Assembly: GCA_028534125.1 (NCBI GenBank)
Contig: CM052830.1
Location: 23,498,001 to 23,562,000, forward strand
Length of the DNA: 64,000 nucleotides
Source of the DNA: Lama glama
Lineage: Eukaryota
Direction of reading: 5' to 3'
Part shown: one piece after another, positions 46,601 to 58,689 of the stretch
Layout of the letters: each line of letters opens with the position of its first letter
Numbering within the stretch: the first letter of the stretch is position 1
Notes under the pieces: generated by a model
Told to the model about the DNA's origin: nothing
Seen by the model: the letters and a program-made list of their open reading frames with translations, nothing else
Databases searched by the model: none
Program-made: the position numbers and the translations under genes

Positions 46601-47794
46601 GGTGCAAATAGGGCCCTCCTTCACCACTTCCAGGAAATTCTCCAGATGGCTCCTCTGGCTGGAAGGCACCTTTCCCTTTCTCTCTGCATCCCTGTGGGGC
46701 TTAGCTCTGTCCTGGGGTGGTTTTGTGCACCAGGTTAGGAATCCCCTGAGCCAGGGTCTGTGTCTCAGCCTGTGTCCCCTCTGAGTCCACAGCCTTGAAC
46801 ACAGCAGGCACTGGACACCTGCTTGAAAGCCCCAGTGACGGGAGGTTAGTGATGGGTCAAGCACATAAAGAGAGGGTCCCCAGAACGGCGGCAGCTCTGG
46901 AGCTTCTTGGACCCTGCAGTTTTCCTTGGCGTCTCGAAGGCTCTGGAAGTGGCCCCAGGTGGGGAAAGCTGAGCTCTCACGGTGACTTGGGTGCCACCCA
47001 CGTCCTGTGAGGCGGTCGGGGCAGCCACGGCAGGCGCTGTTTTACAGGCGAGGAGGCCGAGGCTCTGGCGGTGTGAGGACACCCGTCCCGGGGCAGAACT
47101 GGCCCTGGAAGGCCGGCCTTGGACTTCTCACAGTAGGGGACGGTGATGGGCAGGCCCACGCCCGGACTCAGGCAGGGCGGTGCCTCTGGGTCAGAGGCCG
47201 TTTTAAAAGAGCCTGTTGTTACTGCGCTGTTAACAAGGGAAAATAAAGGCTAGAAAACCCGTGACCCACAGTCCTCCACCCAGATAATCCATGCGACATT
47301 GTTTTTTTTAAAAAGGAAAACCTTCATTTCACGCATAAAATAAAACGTTTAAACCTCGCTATGACTCCCGTCTCTCTCCTCGGTAACCTCTGTCCACAGG
47401 CTTTTTCTAGGAAAAAAAATTATGCAGACGGACAGCCTCGCTGTTTCTCCGCATGCGTGATTTATCACACTCACTCGCTCACACGCAGGGCCGTCCGATA
47501 CCCTCGTGCTGAGCATTGCAATCTTCACACGTCGCTTGTGTTTCTGCACTTTTGCTTATTCTCCGGTGTCCACGTCCCGGCGTTCAGAGCTGCCTCCTTG
47601 GATAACGGCCGCGCTGAGTCCGCGGGGTGACGCCCTGCTGCTGTCTGACCACTGCCGAGAGCCTGTGCCCAGCTTTCCTTTGTCGGATAACTCTGCGTGC
47701 TTGCGTGAATCTGAAGGAGAAACCTTTAAAGGGAAACTCCGCTCTTTGAGTAAAGTCGTTGGTTCTGGAAAACATTGCGCGGTGTCCCCGATGA

Positions 47795-48370
47795 GTGATA
47801 ATAATAACAGTAACCTGTACAGCGCCGACGATGTGCTAGACACAGTCTAGACCCATGCGTGCGTCGCTCATTTCATTGTCACAGCACCCTTAGGAAGTAG
47901 GTGCTGGTATTATCTGAAGCCCAGAGAGGTGGAGCGACTCGCCCGAGGCCACACAGCCACTGTGTTGGTTTCTTGAGCTGCCATAGCAGAGCACTACAGA
48001 GGGCGGTGTGGCCAACAGGAGTGACCTCCTGAAGCCCTGGAGGCTAGAGCCCCGAGACCAAGGTGTCAGCAGGTGCTTTCTCCGAGGCCTCTCCCTGGCT
48101 TGCCGACGGCCGTCCTCTCCTTGTGTTCTCACAGGCTCTTCCCCGCGTGCCTGCGTCCAAATTTCCTCTTGTTGTAAGGACATGAGTCCTGTCCCATCAG
48201 GGCCCACCCTAACAAGCTCACTCTACCTTACTTACCTTTATAAACACCCCGCCTCCAAACACAGTCCCATTCTTAGGACGTTAATACAGCAGTTTGGGGT
48301 GGGGGATGCATTTGGCCTGTAACAGCTAGCAAGAGGCAGAGCCAGGATTTAAACCCCATCGTGCGTCCCA
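47795..48370 (-). mobile_element. MIR split by an MLT1A-like solo LTR (47961-48324)
   Basis: The LTR is bounded by TGT...ACA and contains CTGGAGGCTAGA..CAAGGTGTCAGCAGG..AATTTCCTCTT..TAAGGACA. The MIR reads through across it (GGCCACACAGC | CTAGCAAGAGGCAGAGCCAGGATTTAAACCC). Confidence 0.85.
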
Positions 48371-48759
48371 GAGCCGCATTCTAGACTAGTACCCCATGAA
48401 ACCCGCACCACCAGGACGGGGTGCGCGGGCTGGGGCGAGTGGCCCTGGCCACGGCAGTGACCCTGAGCCCAGGCAGAGGGGCTCTCCCCGGGGGACACCC
48501 TCCGCTCTCAGGGCCCCGGGGCAGCAGCCCCTCTGCTCCGGCTCCAGCGGTGGGAGGCTTCAGCTCAGGTGGCCGGCGAGACCAGGGGTGCAGATCAGGG
48601 AAACCTGGCACACGGAAGAAGGTGGGTAAGTGAAGAATGGGAAGCTCACCAGGTGACAGGCTTGCGTGCACGGGGCAAAGCGCAGGTTAAAGGCTGCCGT
48701 CAGGAGGGGCAGGCAGGGCGTCAGGGGCCTTGGGGCCACGCGATGAGCCTCGTCTCGAT

Positions 48760-48965
48760 TTGCTTTTAGCCGTTCTGGTGAGATGCGATTCATATGTGGT
48801 ACAGTTCACCCTCTTAGAGATGGTTCTGTATTTCCACAACCCTCCGCAAGCATCACCTTCATTACCTGTGGACCATTTCCATCAGCCCACAACGAAGCCC
48901 CGTGCCCATTGGCAGGCGCTGGCCGCTCCCCCACCCAGCCTGCAGCCACAGCGCATCTGCCTGCC
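48760..48965 (-). mobile_element. L1MB-like 3' end fragment
   Basis: GAGATGCGATTCATAT...TTCACCC...CATTTCCATCAGCCCACAACGAAGCCCCGTGCCCATT. Confidence 0.6.
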
Positions 48966-49699
48966 CATTATTTCTTCCCAATCTCCTTACATTCTCAAAA
49001 CACAGAGCTGCTGCCTTGGACCAACCATTCCTTCCAAAATACAAACAAAACCCCGTAATGAACACTCTCACTTTGGCACCCCTGATACTCACACACCAGT
49101 AAGTTACTGAATGAGGTCACATTCCAGAAAACTGCTTGGGTCCAGGCAGATCGGACGTGAAATTTGAGTTCTGTCCTGTAGAAGCTGGCACCTTTGGAAG
49201 AGTGAATGTCCTTCTCTGAGCCTCCTGTCTTCGCCTTGGCAGTGTGGACACTACTGCCGGCCTCTTGGGTCATTGGAGGTTTCAGCGGGACGGGCGAGGC
49301 CAAGAACGCAGCACAGGGCCTGGCGCACACGGCTTTGGCGAATGTCCTTTTCTCCCCGCCTCCCTCCCTCTCCTTACCGTCAGGCTCCATCTTCCGGCTC
49401 TCCGCACGTCTGCGCCACCGTCTCAGAGGCCGATGACTGTTGGAGCGTTGGCGCACGGCTGACACCGGGGGAACTGTGGGCCTTGCCCCTGACTCACACG
49501 GACTCATCTCTCTTTCCTCGGGAAGGCCCGTGCCCTTTGCCCGCCTGGCTCCCAGATGGGCCAGCATCTCTCAGGTCCGCTGGGGACTGGCCTCGCTCCC
49601 CTGGCCCCCGCGGACGCCCACCTGCAGCCATGGGCTGCTCCTCCACTGCCCCACGCCCTCACTGATGCACAGTGAAGAAGCCCACAGACGGGGCCCTCT

Positions 49700-49930
49700 C
49701 CCTCCTGGCCTCTGATGTGTTTGATCCTGGATGCATAGTTTTTCACCTAAGTGTGAATGTATTTGCAGGTTGATAGGAAACAGCCCCCGCCCTGGTGACA
49801 TAACACAGGCCCGCCCCGTCCTGGCTGCTATTTTGATTGTGACTCAAATGGACGAGGCCACCAGTGATCATTTACTGAACAGGCACATAAAAAATGACGC
49901 CGGGCCGCAGCGCGCTCCCTGACAGAGCCG
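49700..49930. promoter_or_regulatory. Putative enhancer
   Basis: Unique island with AP-1 TGACTCA at 49840, CATAAAA, TGACAG and GC boxes. Confidence 0.35.
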
Positions 49931-50722
49931 GCAGCCGCAGGGTGGGCAGTCTCCCTTGGCGGCGCCGCGCTTGCTGGGAGCTGCCTCGGGGGCTCTTTCC
50001 TCATCCCCGTGTCCCCTTCTCGGGGTTTTCCCGGGAGCTCTGGGTGGTGGGATGGAGGGTCGGGGCTGAGCTGCAGGCCTTCGGGGGAAGGGAGAGCCAG
50101 ACCCTCGCGAGGGCGCTGAGGACGCCCCACGCCTTTCCCGCCTCATCTCGCCCCCTGCCCAGGGCAGCATGAGCGCCGTGACCCCCATGTGGTGCAGGAG
50201 GAGAGGTGGCTCCCTGGGGGTCCCCCGGCTTGTTATAGGGCCTCCCAGTTCCAAAGGAGGGAACCATCCAGACTGAACACGTCTCTGAAGCCTCTTCTCG
50301 CGTGCAGCTCTGCTCCCTCTGGTTGTAATTTTAGGGGAGCAGGGTTGCAGGGCATCCCGAGGAGACCAGCCTCCCCGGATGCGCCCCTTGAAGAGGGGAA
50401 TCACAAGGGCAAAGGCTGTGGGAGGAAGGTGTGGACATGCGCCCCAGAAACCAGGTGCCTGAGCAGCTCGTGTGCCCCGGGGGGGTCTGGGGCCGGCTGT
50501 GCCCCCGGCACGTGCGCGCAGCGCCGGCCTCCCGCCCGCTCCCGGCTGAGCTGAGCCACAGGCTGCCGGGCGGCGTCAGGGCAGCCCGCAATCCAGGTGG
50601 GGGCTCCACGCTTGTCTGGGATGACATGGGGTCCCCCAGACTCCAGCCTTTTGCACTCAGCACCATTTTAGCTTTATCTACACACCACCTGCACTGGCAC
50701 ATACTTAACACGTTTGCTTACG

Positions 50723-50975
50723 CAGGTCTCACCTCAGAGACGCCGCGCGTCTGGTTCCAGATGCCACAACAAGGCCAATATCTCAGTAGAGAGTCACGGG
50801 GGTTTTTCTGTTTCCTGATACCTGCAAAAATTATGTTCAAACCATACTGTAGCCCGTTAAGTGTGCACGAGTGTTGTGTTTAAAAAAATAGTGTACAAAC
50901 CTTAGTGTAAAAAATACCTGATTGCTAAAAAGTGCCAACCAGCCGCTGGGCCTTCGGCAAGTCATAATCTTTTGC
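50723..50975 (-). mobile_element. Tigger1 terminal fragment (TcMar DNA transposon)
   Basis: CAGG..ACCTCAGAGA..GGTTCCAGA..GAGTCAC..TTATGTT..ATACTGTAG..TTAAGTGTGCA..ATTGCTAAAAA..GCCTTC..AGTCATAATCTTTTGC follows the Tigger1 terminus. Confidence 0.85.
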
Positions 50976-51664
50976 AACGTGGTCCCACGGGGGACCTGTC
51001 ACTGTCAGGTCGCTGTCCCATTCAGGGCAGGAGTGGCAGCAGCAGAGCCACATCACCATCCTTAAGCCTGTGTCTTGGGCCTTCTGCTTCTTCAGGGACT
51101 GGAGCTCTGGAGTGGGGCACCCGCAGAGGATGGAGCCCCGGGCCCCCGGAGAGGGGCTGAGAGCCAGCGGGCGCCCCGCGAGGGCCCTGGGAGACGGGCA
51201 GGGCCCTGTTCTAAGAACTGCACACACACTAGCTGATTTAGACGCCACAACAGCCCTACGGGAGAGGTCCTAGTTTTAGCCCGTTTCCAGCTGAGGGAAC
51301 TGAAGGGTTCAGAGAGATGAAATGACTTGCCCGATGTCGCACAGCAGCGCCGGCCTGGCTGCGACCCGAGCCCAGGTGTTCTGGCCCCAGAACAGACACC
51401 CCGCCTCTCACAGGCTGCTTCTCTGACCCTGCAGGAGGCGCTCCCTCACCTGCCGTGCCCCCGAAAGGCTCCTCCCTTGTCAGTCTCCTGTGGGTGTGGT
51501 TCAGTACCCCACCCTCTGTTCAACTATACACCCCTGCAGCCCCTACAGGATAGAACTGCCAGCCTTAGTGCTATCTGAATTGGTCAGGCGTTTTTTGACA
51601 GGGAGGAAATACAAGGTTTGAAACCCCCGGGTGTCTGAAGCCAGGGAGGGGGTGCTCTGCAGAG

Positions 51665-51843
51665 CTGGGGTTCTTAGAGCCGGCTTGCCCTGGAATCTCC
51701 CGGAGGAGATTGAAACAAGAGCTGGGCCTGCCCCAGAGTTTGGGGATCAGCAAGAGGGGTGGTGTTCGAGAATTTGCATTTCTAACAGGTTCTCAGGTGG
51801 CAGTGCTGTGGCTGGCTTGGGAACCCCACTTTGAGAACCACTG
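51665..51843. mobile_element. MER5A MITE
   Basis: GAGAATTTGCATTTCTAACAGGTTCTCAGGTG...CACTTTGAGAACCACTG. Confidence 0.85.
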
Positions 51844-51914
51844 CCTCAGAGAAAGGGGAAGCTGGGTGCCCGAGGCAGACAGGGGAAGCTGTGGGGGGCG
51901 CCCTGTCGGAGCCT

Positions 51915-52230
51915 GGCAGTGATTATGCACCCCCTCCCCCCGCTGCGCGAGGCCCTCGGGCCCAGCGTGATGAATAGACCTCATTTAAGCCAGGCCCGCG
52001 CCGTGTGTGGAAAACACCTCTGTACGGATCTCTCAGGTTTTTATTAACCGTTTTACTGTCACAGTTTCAAAATCAATCAAAGTGTGGCCCTCCGGAGACT
52101 CGCGGCGGCGCGAGGGCCGGGGCTCCCGGACTAACTGCAGCGCGGGCGGGGCCTCGAGCGCGGCTGGGCGGCCGAGGGCGGGCGGCGGTGGCCGCGTCCT
52201 TCCCCTGCGCCGGGAACGGCAGCTTTGTCC
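51915..52230. promoter_or_regulatory. Putative enhancer plus a small CpG cluster
   Basis: TTTTATTAA 52039, CTGTCA 52056, ATCAATCA 52072 and ATCAAAG 52076, followed by a CpG/GC-box-rich tract. Confidence 0.5.
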
Positions 52231-53240
52231 TCTCTCTGAACCGAAGCCTCAAGCCCAGACCAGACCAGCCGCACACACTTGTTGATCCTTGAACTAAACC
52301 CAGATCTGAACTTCTCTTGTGAACCACTTTCCAAACCTCTGTTCAAAACAGAAGAGCAAGGGGGCACGAGAGACCCTGAGCAAACCGGTTTGAATCGGAA
52401 GGGAACCCATCCTCCCCGAACCAGTCAACTGAAACAGACCTGGGCCATCCAGGCCTTCAGAGTTGATGAGAGTCGATGTTTCAGCAGGCCCGGCTCCCTG
52501 GCGTGACAGAAGCCACGCTCAGGTGTGGAGAGGTGCCACCCTGAGCTCCAGGGGGAGCGAGGGTCTCTGTACTGACTGAACCCTCCCTGGGAAGCCCCAT
52601 CGTGTGGCGAGGGAGACTGTACCTCCACCGCCACCTCCCAGCCCAACGTGGGAGGAACATCTGCCCTGGCCTGTCTCCTGAATCCCCAGGGTGCGGCCAA
52701 AGCCCTGGCCTGCGGCTAAGCAGTAGGGATCCAGGCCTTGCTGACCTCTGCAGAGGGACCACAGGCGGTGGCCCTAATCCTCACTCAGCCTCCCCCAGCA
52801 GAGCGAAGGAGGAAGGTCTTTCCAAACTTGGGTGCAGAGTCAGAGGACCAGGGGACTTCCATTGTCATCACAGTCCTGCAGGCATGCCAGTCCTGCCAAA
52901 GAACACGTGTGAAAGAAGGAGCGGCAGTTGTGAGAAAAGAGGGTGGGCGGGGAAGTCCAGGACAAAATGTGTGATTTCTGAGGCCCAGCCGGGCCACCTA
53001 ACTGGTGTCTACTCTCTCTTGACATTCAGGTGTCACCAGAATATACCCACATGGCTTGAAAGCTTCATCTGCTCGAGCCCTGCTACTTACTCATCCTTGT
53101 TCAAATGTGGGCTGCGTCTCTCTCTTCCCTCTTTGAATTCCTTTCACATGCACATGCGTCCACCTGCAAGGTGCCAGGAAAAGCCCTGCTTGTAGGTGGA
53201 ATGGACCCTTGCCTTCCATTTTGATTAGGAAGTGCTGCTG

Positions 53241-53620
53241 GGGAATATTACTCAGCCAGAAAAAGGGATGAAGTGCTAACATGTGCTACCCCATGGATGA
53301 ACCTCAAAAACATATGTTAAGTGAAAGAAGCCAGGCACAAAAGGTCGTAGATTGTATGATTTCACCTGGATGAAATGTCCGGAATAGGCAAATCTACTCA
53401 GACAAAAGCAGGTCGGTGGCTGCAGGCGGCTGGAGGGAGAGGGAACAGGGAGTGACTGCTTAGTGACGACGGGGTTTCCTCTGGACCTGATGAAATGTTC
53501 TGGGATGAGATAGAGGTGATGGTTGTACAACATTGTGGACGCACTAAACGCCACTGATTTGCAAACTTACAGTGATTCATTTTATGTTATGTGAATTTTG
53601 CCTCCATTGAAGAAAGAAAC
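53241..53620 (+). mobile_element. L1MB-type 3' UTR
   Basis: GGAATATTACTCAGCC..ATGGATGAACCTCAAAAACAT..AAGTGAAAGAAGCCAG..ATAGGCAAATC..TGATGAAATGTTCTGG..GGTGATGGTTGTACAACATTGTG..TTTTATGTTATGTGAATTTT. Confidence 0.9.
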
Positions 53621-54184
53621 AAAAGTGTCGCTGGGTTTCCTTCCCCCACCCCCGCGAGCTATCAAACAGCCGACCTGCTGGTGCTGGCAGCTGCGTGGGG
53701 AGTAACGTGCAGGGGGCGAGGGGAGAAGTGGGAACATGGCTGCCCTCTCTGGGTCATTGTTTCGGCCCCTCCAGCCCTGGGGGGTTTGCAGGGTGACTGG
53801 AGCGCAGCCCCTGAGGCCAGCCAGCCGGGTCAAGCCCTGCCCGCCAAGCCTAGCTATGTGACCTTGAGCAGGTCTCTTAACCTCTCTGCATCTCCCTTGT
53901 CTCACCTGCAAAGTTGGAAAAGTAATATTTTTAATAATTATTGTGAAAAAACCTCATAAGCCTGTTGTAGCTTAAATGTAGTCAGCCCTCAACGCATGTC
54001 AGCTGTTACCACCTGATGAATGTTCCGAGCTTCTTGGCAGGAGAAGGATGAACTAACCACTAGCTTTCTCCTCCCCTGCTTGGCTCTCAGTGTGAGAAAG
54101 AGGTTTAACTCACATATCTTTAAGCTCCCCCTCCAGCCCGAACACCAGAATAACTGGAACCAACACCCCTGACAACACCCCTGA

Positions 54185-54420
54185 GAAAAAGCGAAAGATT
54201 AAATACCTGTGACGTGCCAGGAGGGACCACATCGGCGTTGCATTTAATTATCCCAATAACCCAGTGAGAGAAGTTTGTCCCTTCCGTGGATAAGGACTAG
54301 CGTTTTATCGCTTTCTTTAGTTGCATTAGGAGTGGGTACATGTATTGGAGGTTACATTTCCACTTTACGTTTATTTTATAAGAAGTTCATCACTCCGGGA
54401 TCTGTTTCACGTGTCCCTGG
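54185..54420. promoter_or_regulatory. Putative conserved non-coding element
   Basis: AT-rich unique island with GATTAAAT, TGACGT, TTAATTA and TTTTATAA. Confidence 0.35.
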
Positions 54421-56380
54421 AAGAAAGGCTTCCTGAGGTGCTGAGAGTGGTCCTTCCAGTCGGGTTGGGATGTAGAAACACAAAGGCCCCGTTCCTAGCC
54501 CAGACGGGAAAAACAAGTTCAGTGGGTTTTTTTTCTCCTTGTTCCCAAACCAGTGGGAGTTAACACGGAGCCCTCCCTACCCACCACCGGCCAACACTTC
54601 CCAGCCAGGTCGGACCCCTGGGGACCACAGATGACCGTTCTGTGCGCCCCTAGTGGTCAGCTGGAGAAGCACGCTTGCCCCTGAGCCCGCGTCCACTTCT
54701 CAGAGCCCCGGGAATCCCGCGTAAAAGGCCAGACTTAGGAAGCGGAGACCACAGTCACAGCAAGGCTGAGATGGAGGGAAAAAGCACACGGACACTTCCT
54801 TTGTTTAGACGTCGGGCCAGACACTGCGCTCGGTGTGTCCATCTGTGGGAACCAATGGAGGAAAAAGGCAGAATGATAAAGGGAAGATGGACCGAAATGC
54901 AGGCTGGGCCTTAAATCAGTTAGAGGTGTCATAGCTCACGGAGCAAACCTAACCCCGATGGGCAGATGGATGGTTCTGTGTAACCTAGAGGGAGGTCACT
55001 GGTGGCTTCAAGTTCTGTCCTGAGCCCTGAGCTTGTCAATACTCGGGTGCCAGCAGCTGGGTGGAGGCAGACACAGGGAGCAGGGAGGGAGAGTGGCACC
55101 CCACGTGCTTCGCTCCTCACGCTAAGAAGAGATGGAACTTGATCGAAGTCACACCATTGGTTGGTGGCTGAGCCGGCCTGAGGGCAGCGCTGTCCACCGC
55201 CCTGTGCTGCCCTGCCCAGCTGAGGAGTCACATGATCCCTCAGGCCTGGCTGGCAGCCACTCCAGCAGGACAGAGCGTAGCGGGGACGAGGGTGCTGCAT
55301 TACATTTCAGGGGCAGAAAGGTCAATTGCCTAAGTACAGGATGTGGGAGGCTGGCTCACAGCAGTCTTGCGTGAGAGACCCGGGCTGGGGTGAAGGGGGG
55401 TGGCATCTGTTGACCACGGGTTACAGCCACTAAACAGGGAAGGAGCTTCACCTCCTACACAGACGGCCTGGGTGGAGGCGATGCGCCCGGAGCCGGGGGG
55501 ACGATGGCCTCACTGTCCTCTGAGCTTGTGAGCAGCTTCCCGAGCTTTGCTTATTTCTAGGTGTCACAGATTAACAAGCACATCCGGTTTGCAGACTACG
55601 AACAGGAGAATGGCCGAGCTGGCGAAGGGTCTGGGGGAGCCTGCCAAAGGCCGTGTTAAAGGGGCTGGAGACTCTTAGCTGGAAAACAGGAGACGAGTAA
55701 GGGACCTGCACGGGGCCTCCCGTTCACGACGGGGTTGTCATGGTGTGAAGGAGAGACTGGCCCAGAGGGCGGCACTGGGACTGCAGGCCACCTGGGGTTC
55801 ACCAACTGCGCCCCTGAGGAAGGGAAGTCCAGGCTCAAATGAAAGCAGAAAACGCGTATGTGCTGTATCGACCCCCGCCTTGGAGAGCCACAGGCTTCTC
55901 AGTGTTTAGATACGTGCACATGTGTAACGATCCCACAGAACAAGCCCAAATGCACAGAAGGGCCGGCCTGTGCCCGAGGCCCGGGGAGCAGGGCCCGGGC
56001 GGAGGGCTTCTGTGCTTTCTTTACCAGGATGTGGGCTCCTGGGACCCCGGGCGGGGCAGACGTTCCCAGACCGGCATGTGTAGCCGGGGTTGGCACTGCT
56101 GGGTCACGGGGTGCGTGTGTCTGCAGGGTGCAAGAAAGCTCCGCTGCACCCGCTCAGAGCACCTGGGCGACTTTCGACAGTACGACAAGGCCCCTCTCCT
56201 CTGCCCAGGGGACCTTGGCGCTCTCGGGGGCAGAGCCTCGTGAGAAGACCTTCTGGGCTGCCCTCCATCCTGCAGTCTAAGGGACCCGTAATCACTGTGC
56301 ATCCGCCACATGCCTGGCCTTGTGCGAGCCTGTGCCCGCCCTCCCTCCACCCCTGTGACGCCATCAGCGAGGCTCACGCA

Positions 56381-56530
56381 GGGGGAGGGTGCAGCTCAGC
56401 GGTAGAGAGCATGCTTAGCATGCACACGGTCCTGGGTTCAATCCCCAGTATCTCTTCTAAAGATAAATAAGTCAATAAACCTAATTATCTCCCCCCGGAA
56501 ACAAAATTTTTTAATTAAAAAAACAGCAAC
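56381..56530 (+). mobile_element. tRNA-Ala-derived SINE (camelid Vic-1-like)
   Basis: GGGGAGGGTGCAGCTCAGCGGTAGAGAGCATGCTTAGCATGCAC..CCTGGGTTCAATCCCCAG (A and B boxes, AGC anticodon loop), then AATAAACCTAATTATCTCCCC and an A-rich tail. Confidence 0.9.
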
Positions 56531-56864
56531 AATGCTCAGAGAGCTTTCTCAAAGGAAGTCAATCTACTGTCCGATTCCGAAGCTGGTCTTAGCTCCATTA
56601 TGCAAGCTCCCACTGGACTTGCTTAGAACCGCCTCCCAAGGCCCAACCCCCCGGGAAGCTGGACCTTGGCTTTGCGCCCCTCCGCTCTGGCTGCAGCCGT
56701 CGGTCCTCGTCTGTTTCAGGCTCGTGGTCTGTGCTGCCTGGCTGGCTGGTGATCTTGGACCCACGTCCTGGTGTCTCACGACTGGGGATGGTAACGCCAC
56801 GCTTTTCCCCTTTGGGCCCCTGGCATGTGGCACAGTCGGTGACCAGGTCAATGATGGTGACAAC

Positions 56865-57065
56865 AGTGAACGTGTATGAGGGGCTCACCACAGGCAGGCC
56901 CTGTGCTGACGACTTCCTGAGGACCCCATTTCACTGTCCGCAGCAACCCCATTTTATCCCCATTTTGCAGACAAAGAAACTGGGGCTGGGGGAACTTTGG
57001 TCACTGGTCTAAGGTCACATAGCCTCTGAGTGGTAGAGGCAGGATTTTAACTCTGGAGCCAAGGC
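56865..57065 (-). mobile_element. MIR SINE
   Basis: TTATCCCCATTTTGCAGACAAAGAAACTGGGGCT..AAGGTCACATAGC..AGTGGTAGAGGCAGGATTT. Confidence 0.8.
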
Positions 57066-57539
57066 CCCTACCTGCCTCGTACAACACACCTGGCCAGATG
57101 GATGAGCCAGGAAGCCCCAGTCTACCAGATGTTCCACACAGAGGAACTGCCGCCTGGTGACAATGACACCGCCTGGAAGATTTAATTCAGCTCCACAGGG
57201 AAGCCTGGGTGAACAGGCAGCCCCAGGTTGGGGAGGACCCCAGGCCTGGCCTTTTATCCCTTCCCTGCCCCCTGCTGCCAGCTGGGGCCCCAGGCAGCCC
57301 AGGGTCCTCTCAGGTTCCAGCGAGGAAATGGCCCTGCTCCAGTTTGCAGCCTTGGCAGTTGCTCTGGGCAAACTGCAAGCCAACAGCTGTGACTCCAGTC
57401 CCCAAGGCTCCAGCCTCCGTTACCTGTGTCAACACTTTTATTTTTAAAGCGGCAGAGCCAAGGTGGGGGCTGGGGGTGGGCGGTGGGGGGGCTGGCCCTT
57501 ATCAGCGCTGGGGTCCTTGCATGTGTAACACCGTCGTAT

Positions 57540-57872
57540 NNNNNNNNNNNNNNNNNNNNNNNNNNNNNNNNNNNNNNNNNNNNNNNNNNNNNNNNNNNNN
57601 NNNNNNNNNNNNNNNNNNNNNNNNNNNNNNNNNNNNNNNNNNNNNNNNNNNNNNNNNNNNNNNNNNNNNNNNNNNNNNNNNNNNNNNNNNNNNNNNNNNN
57701 NNNNNNNNNNNNNNNNNNNNNNNNNNNNNNNNNNNNNNNNNNNNNNNNNNNNNNNNNNNNNNNNNNNNNNNNNNNNNNNNNNNNNNNNNNNNNNNNNNNN
57801 NNNNNNNNNNNNNNNNNNNNNNNNNNNNNNNNNNNNNNNNNNNNNNNNNNNNNNNNNNNNNNNNNNNNNNNN
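57540..57872. other. N gap (333 nt)
   Basis: Run of N. Confidence 1.
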
Positions 57873-58039
57873 GGACGCCCGTTCTTGCTAACTTCTATGC
57901 CGGTTCAAACATAGAAGAGAAAAGCGAGAGAGGGTCTGACCAGCCAGTTGGAGCCGTGTGAGGCGGGCCGGGCCGAGCCCTGGTCCTGGTGCTGTACCTG
58001 GAGCCTGCCTCAGGTTCCCCGCCGCAAAGGACGGGCCGT

Positions 58040-58660
58040 TGGCATGAGAGAGGGAGGAGGGGACAGACGCGTCAGACAGACTCAAGAGACAGAGCAACTA
58101 AATGCAACGGGGAGGTCTCACTTCGGTCCTGATGGGAACAAACCAATTGTGAAAAGACATCTTTGAGCTCATCAGCGGAACTTGACCCCAGACAGCGCAG
58201 TAAGTGACCTCCAGAAGTCACCGTGGATTTTATTCAGTGGGATAACGGCATAATGGTTATGTGAAAAAAGGGGAGGGTGCAGCTCGGCAGTAGAGCACAT
58301 GCTAGTCACGCACAAGGTCCTGGGTTCAGTCCCCAGCACCTCCTCCAAAAATAAATAAACCTAATTACCTCTCCCCCACCCCAATCCCCCCAAAAAACAA
58401 CAGCAACTAAATGATTATGCAAAAGAAAAATATTTTTATCCATTAGATACACATACTGGAGTGTTTAGTGCTGAAATGATATGATGTCTGTGATTTACCT
58501 TAAAAGATTCCAGCTCCCTCCTAAAAATAGTAGGTCTGCAGATTAAATAAGATCACAAAATGTGGACCAATATTGAAGCTGAGTAATGGGTACATTGGGG
58601 GTCAATATAACTGTTTTCTCCACTTTTGTGTACGTTTGAAAATGTGCGTACTAGAAAAAT
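58040..58660 (+). mobile_element. L1MC4/L1ME-like 3' end, interrupted by a SINE
   Basis: AGACTCAAGAGAC..CAACTAAATGCAA..AAAAGACATCTTTGAG..TAGATACACATACTG..GAAATGATATGATGTCTG..TTGAAGCTGAGTAATGGGTACAT..TTTTGTGTACGTTTGAAAAT. Confidence 0.8.
58269..58408 (+). mobile_element. tRNA-Ala-derived SINE (Vic-1-like) with a diverged target-site duplication
   Basis: Same head and tail as the 56381 copy. Flanks read AATGGTTATGTGAAA and AATGATTATGCAAAA. Confidence 0.9.
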
Positions 58661-58689
58661 GAGAACACAGAAAGTAAGGGGGTGGGATG

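Noticed and set aside
56381-56456. Possible tRNA-Ala(AGC) genes (also at 58269, 60652, 63735)
   Set aside because: Stems are mismatched, and each copy has the same extra 5' bases, a shared 3' tail and an A-rich end; two also show apparent target-site duplications. They are SINEs, not tRNA genes.
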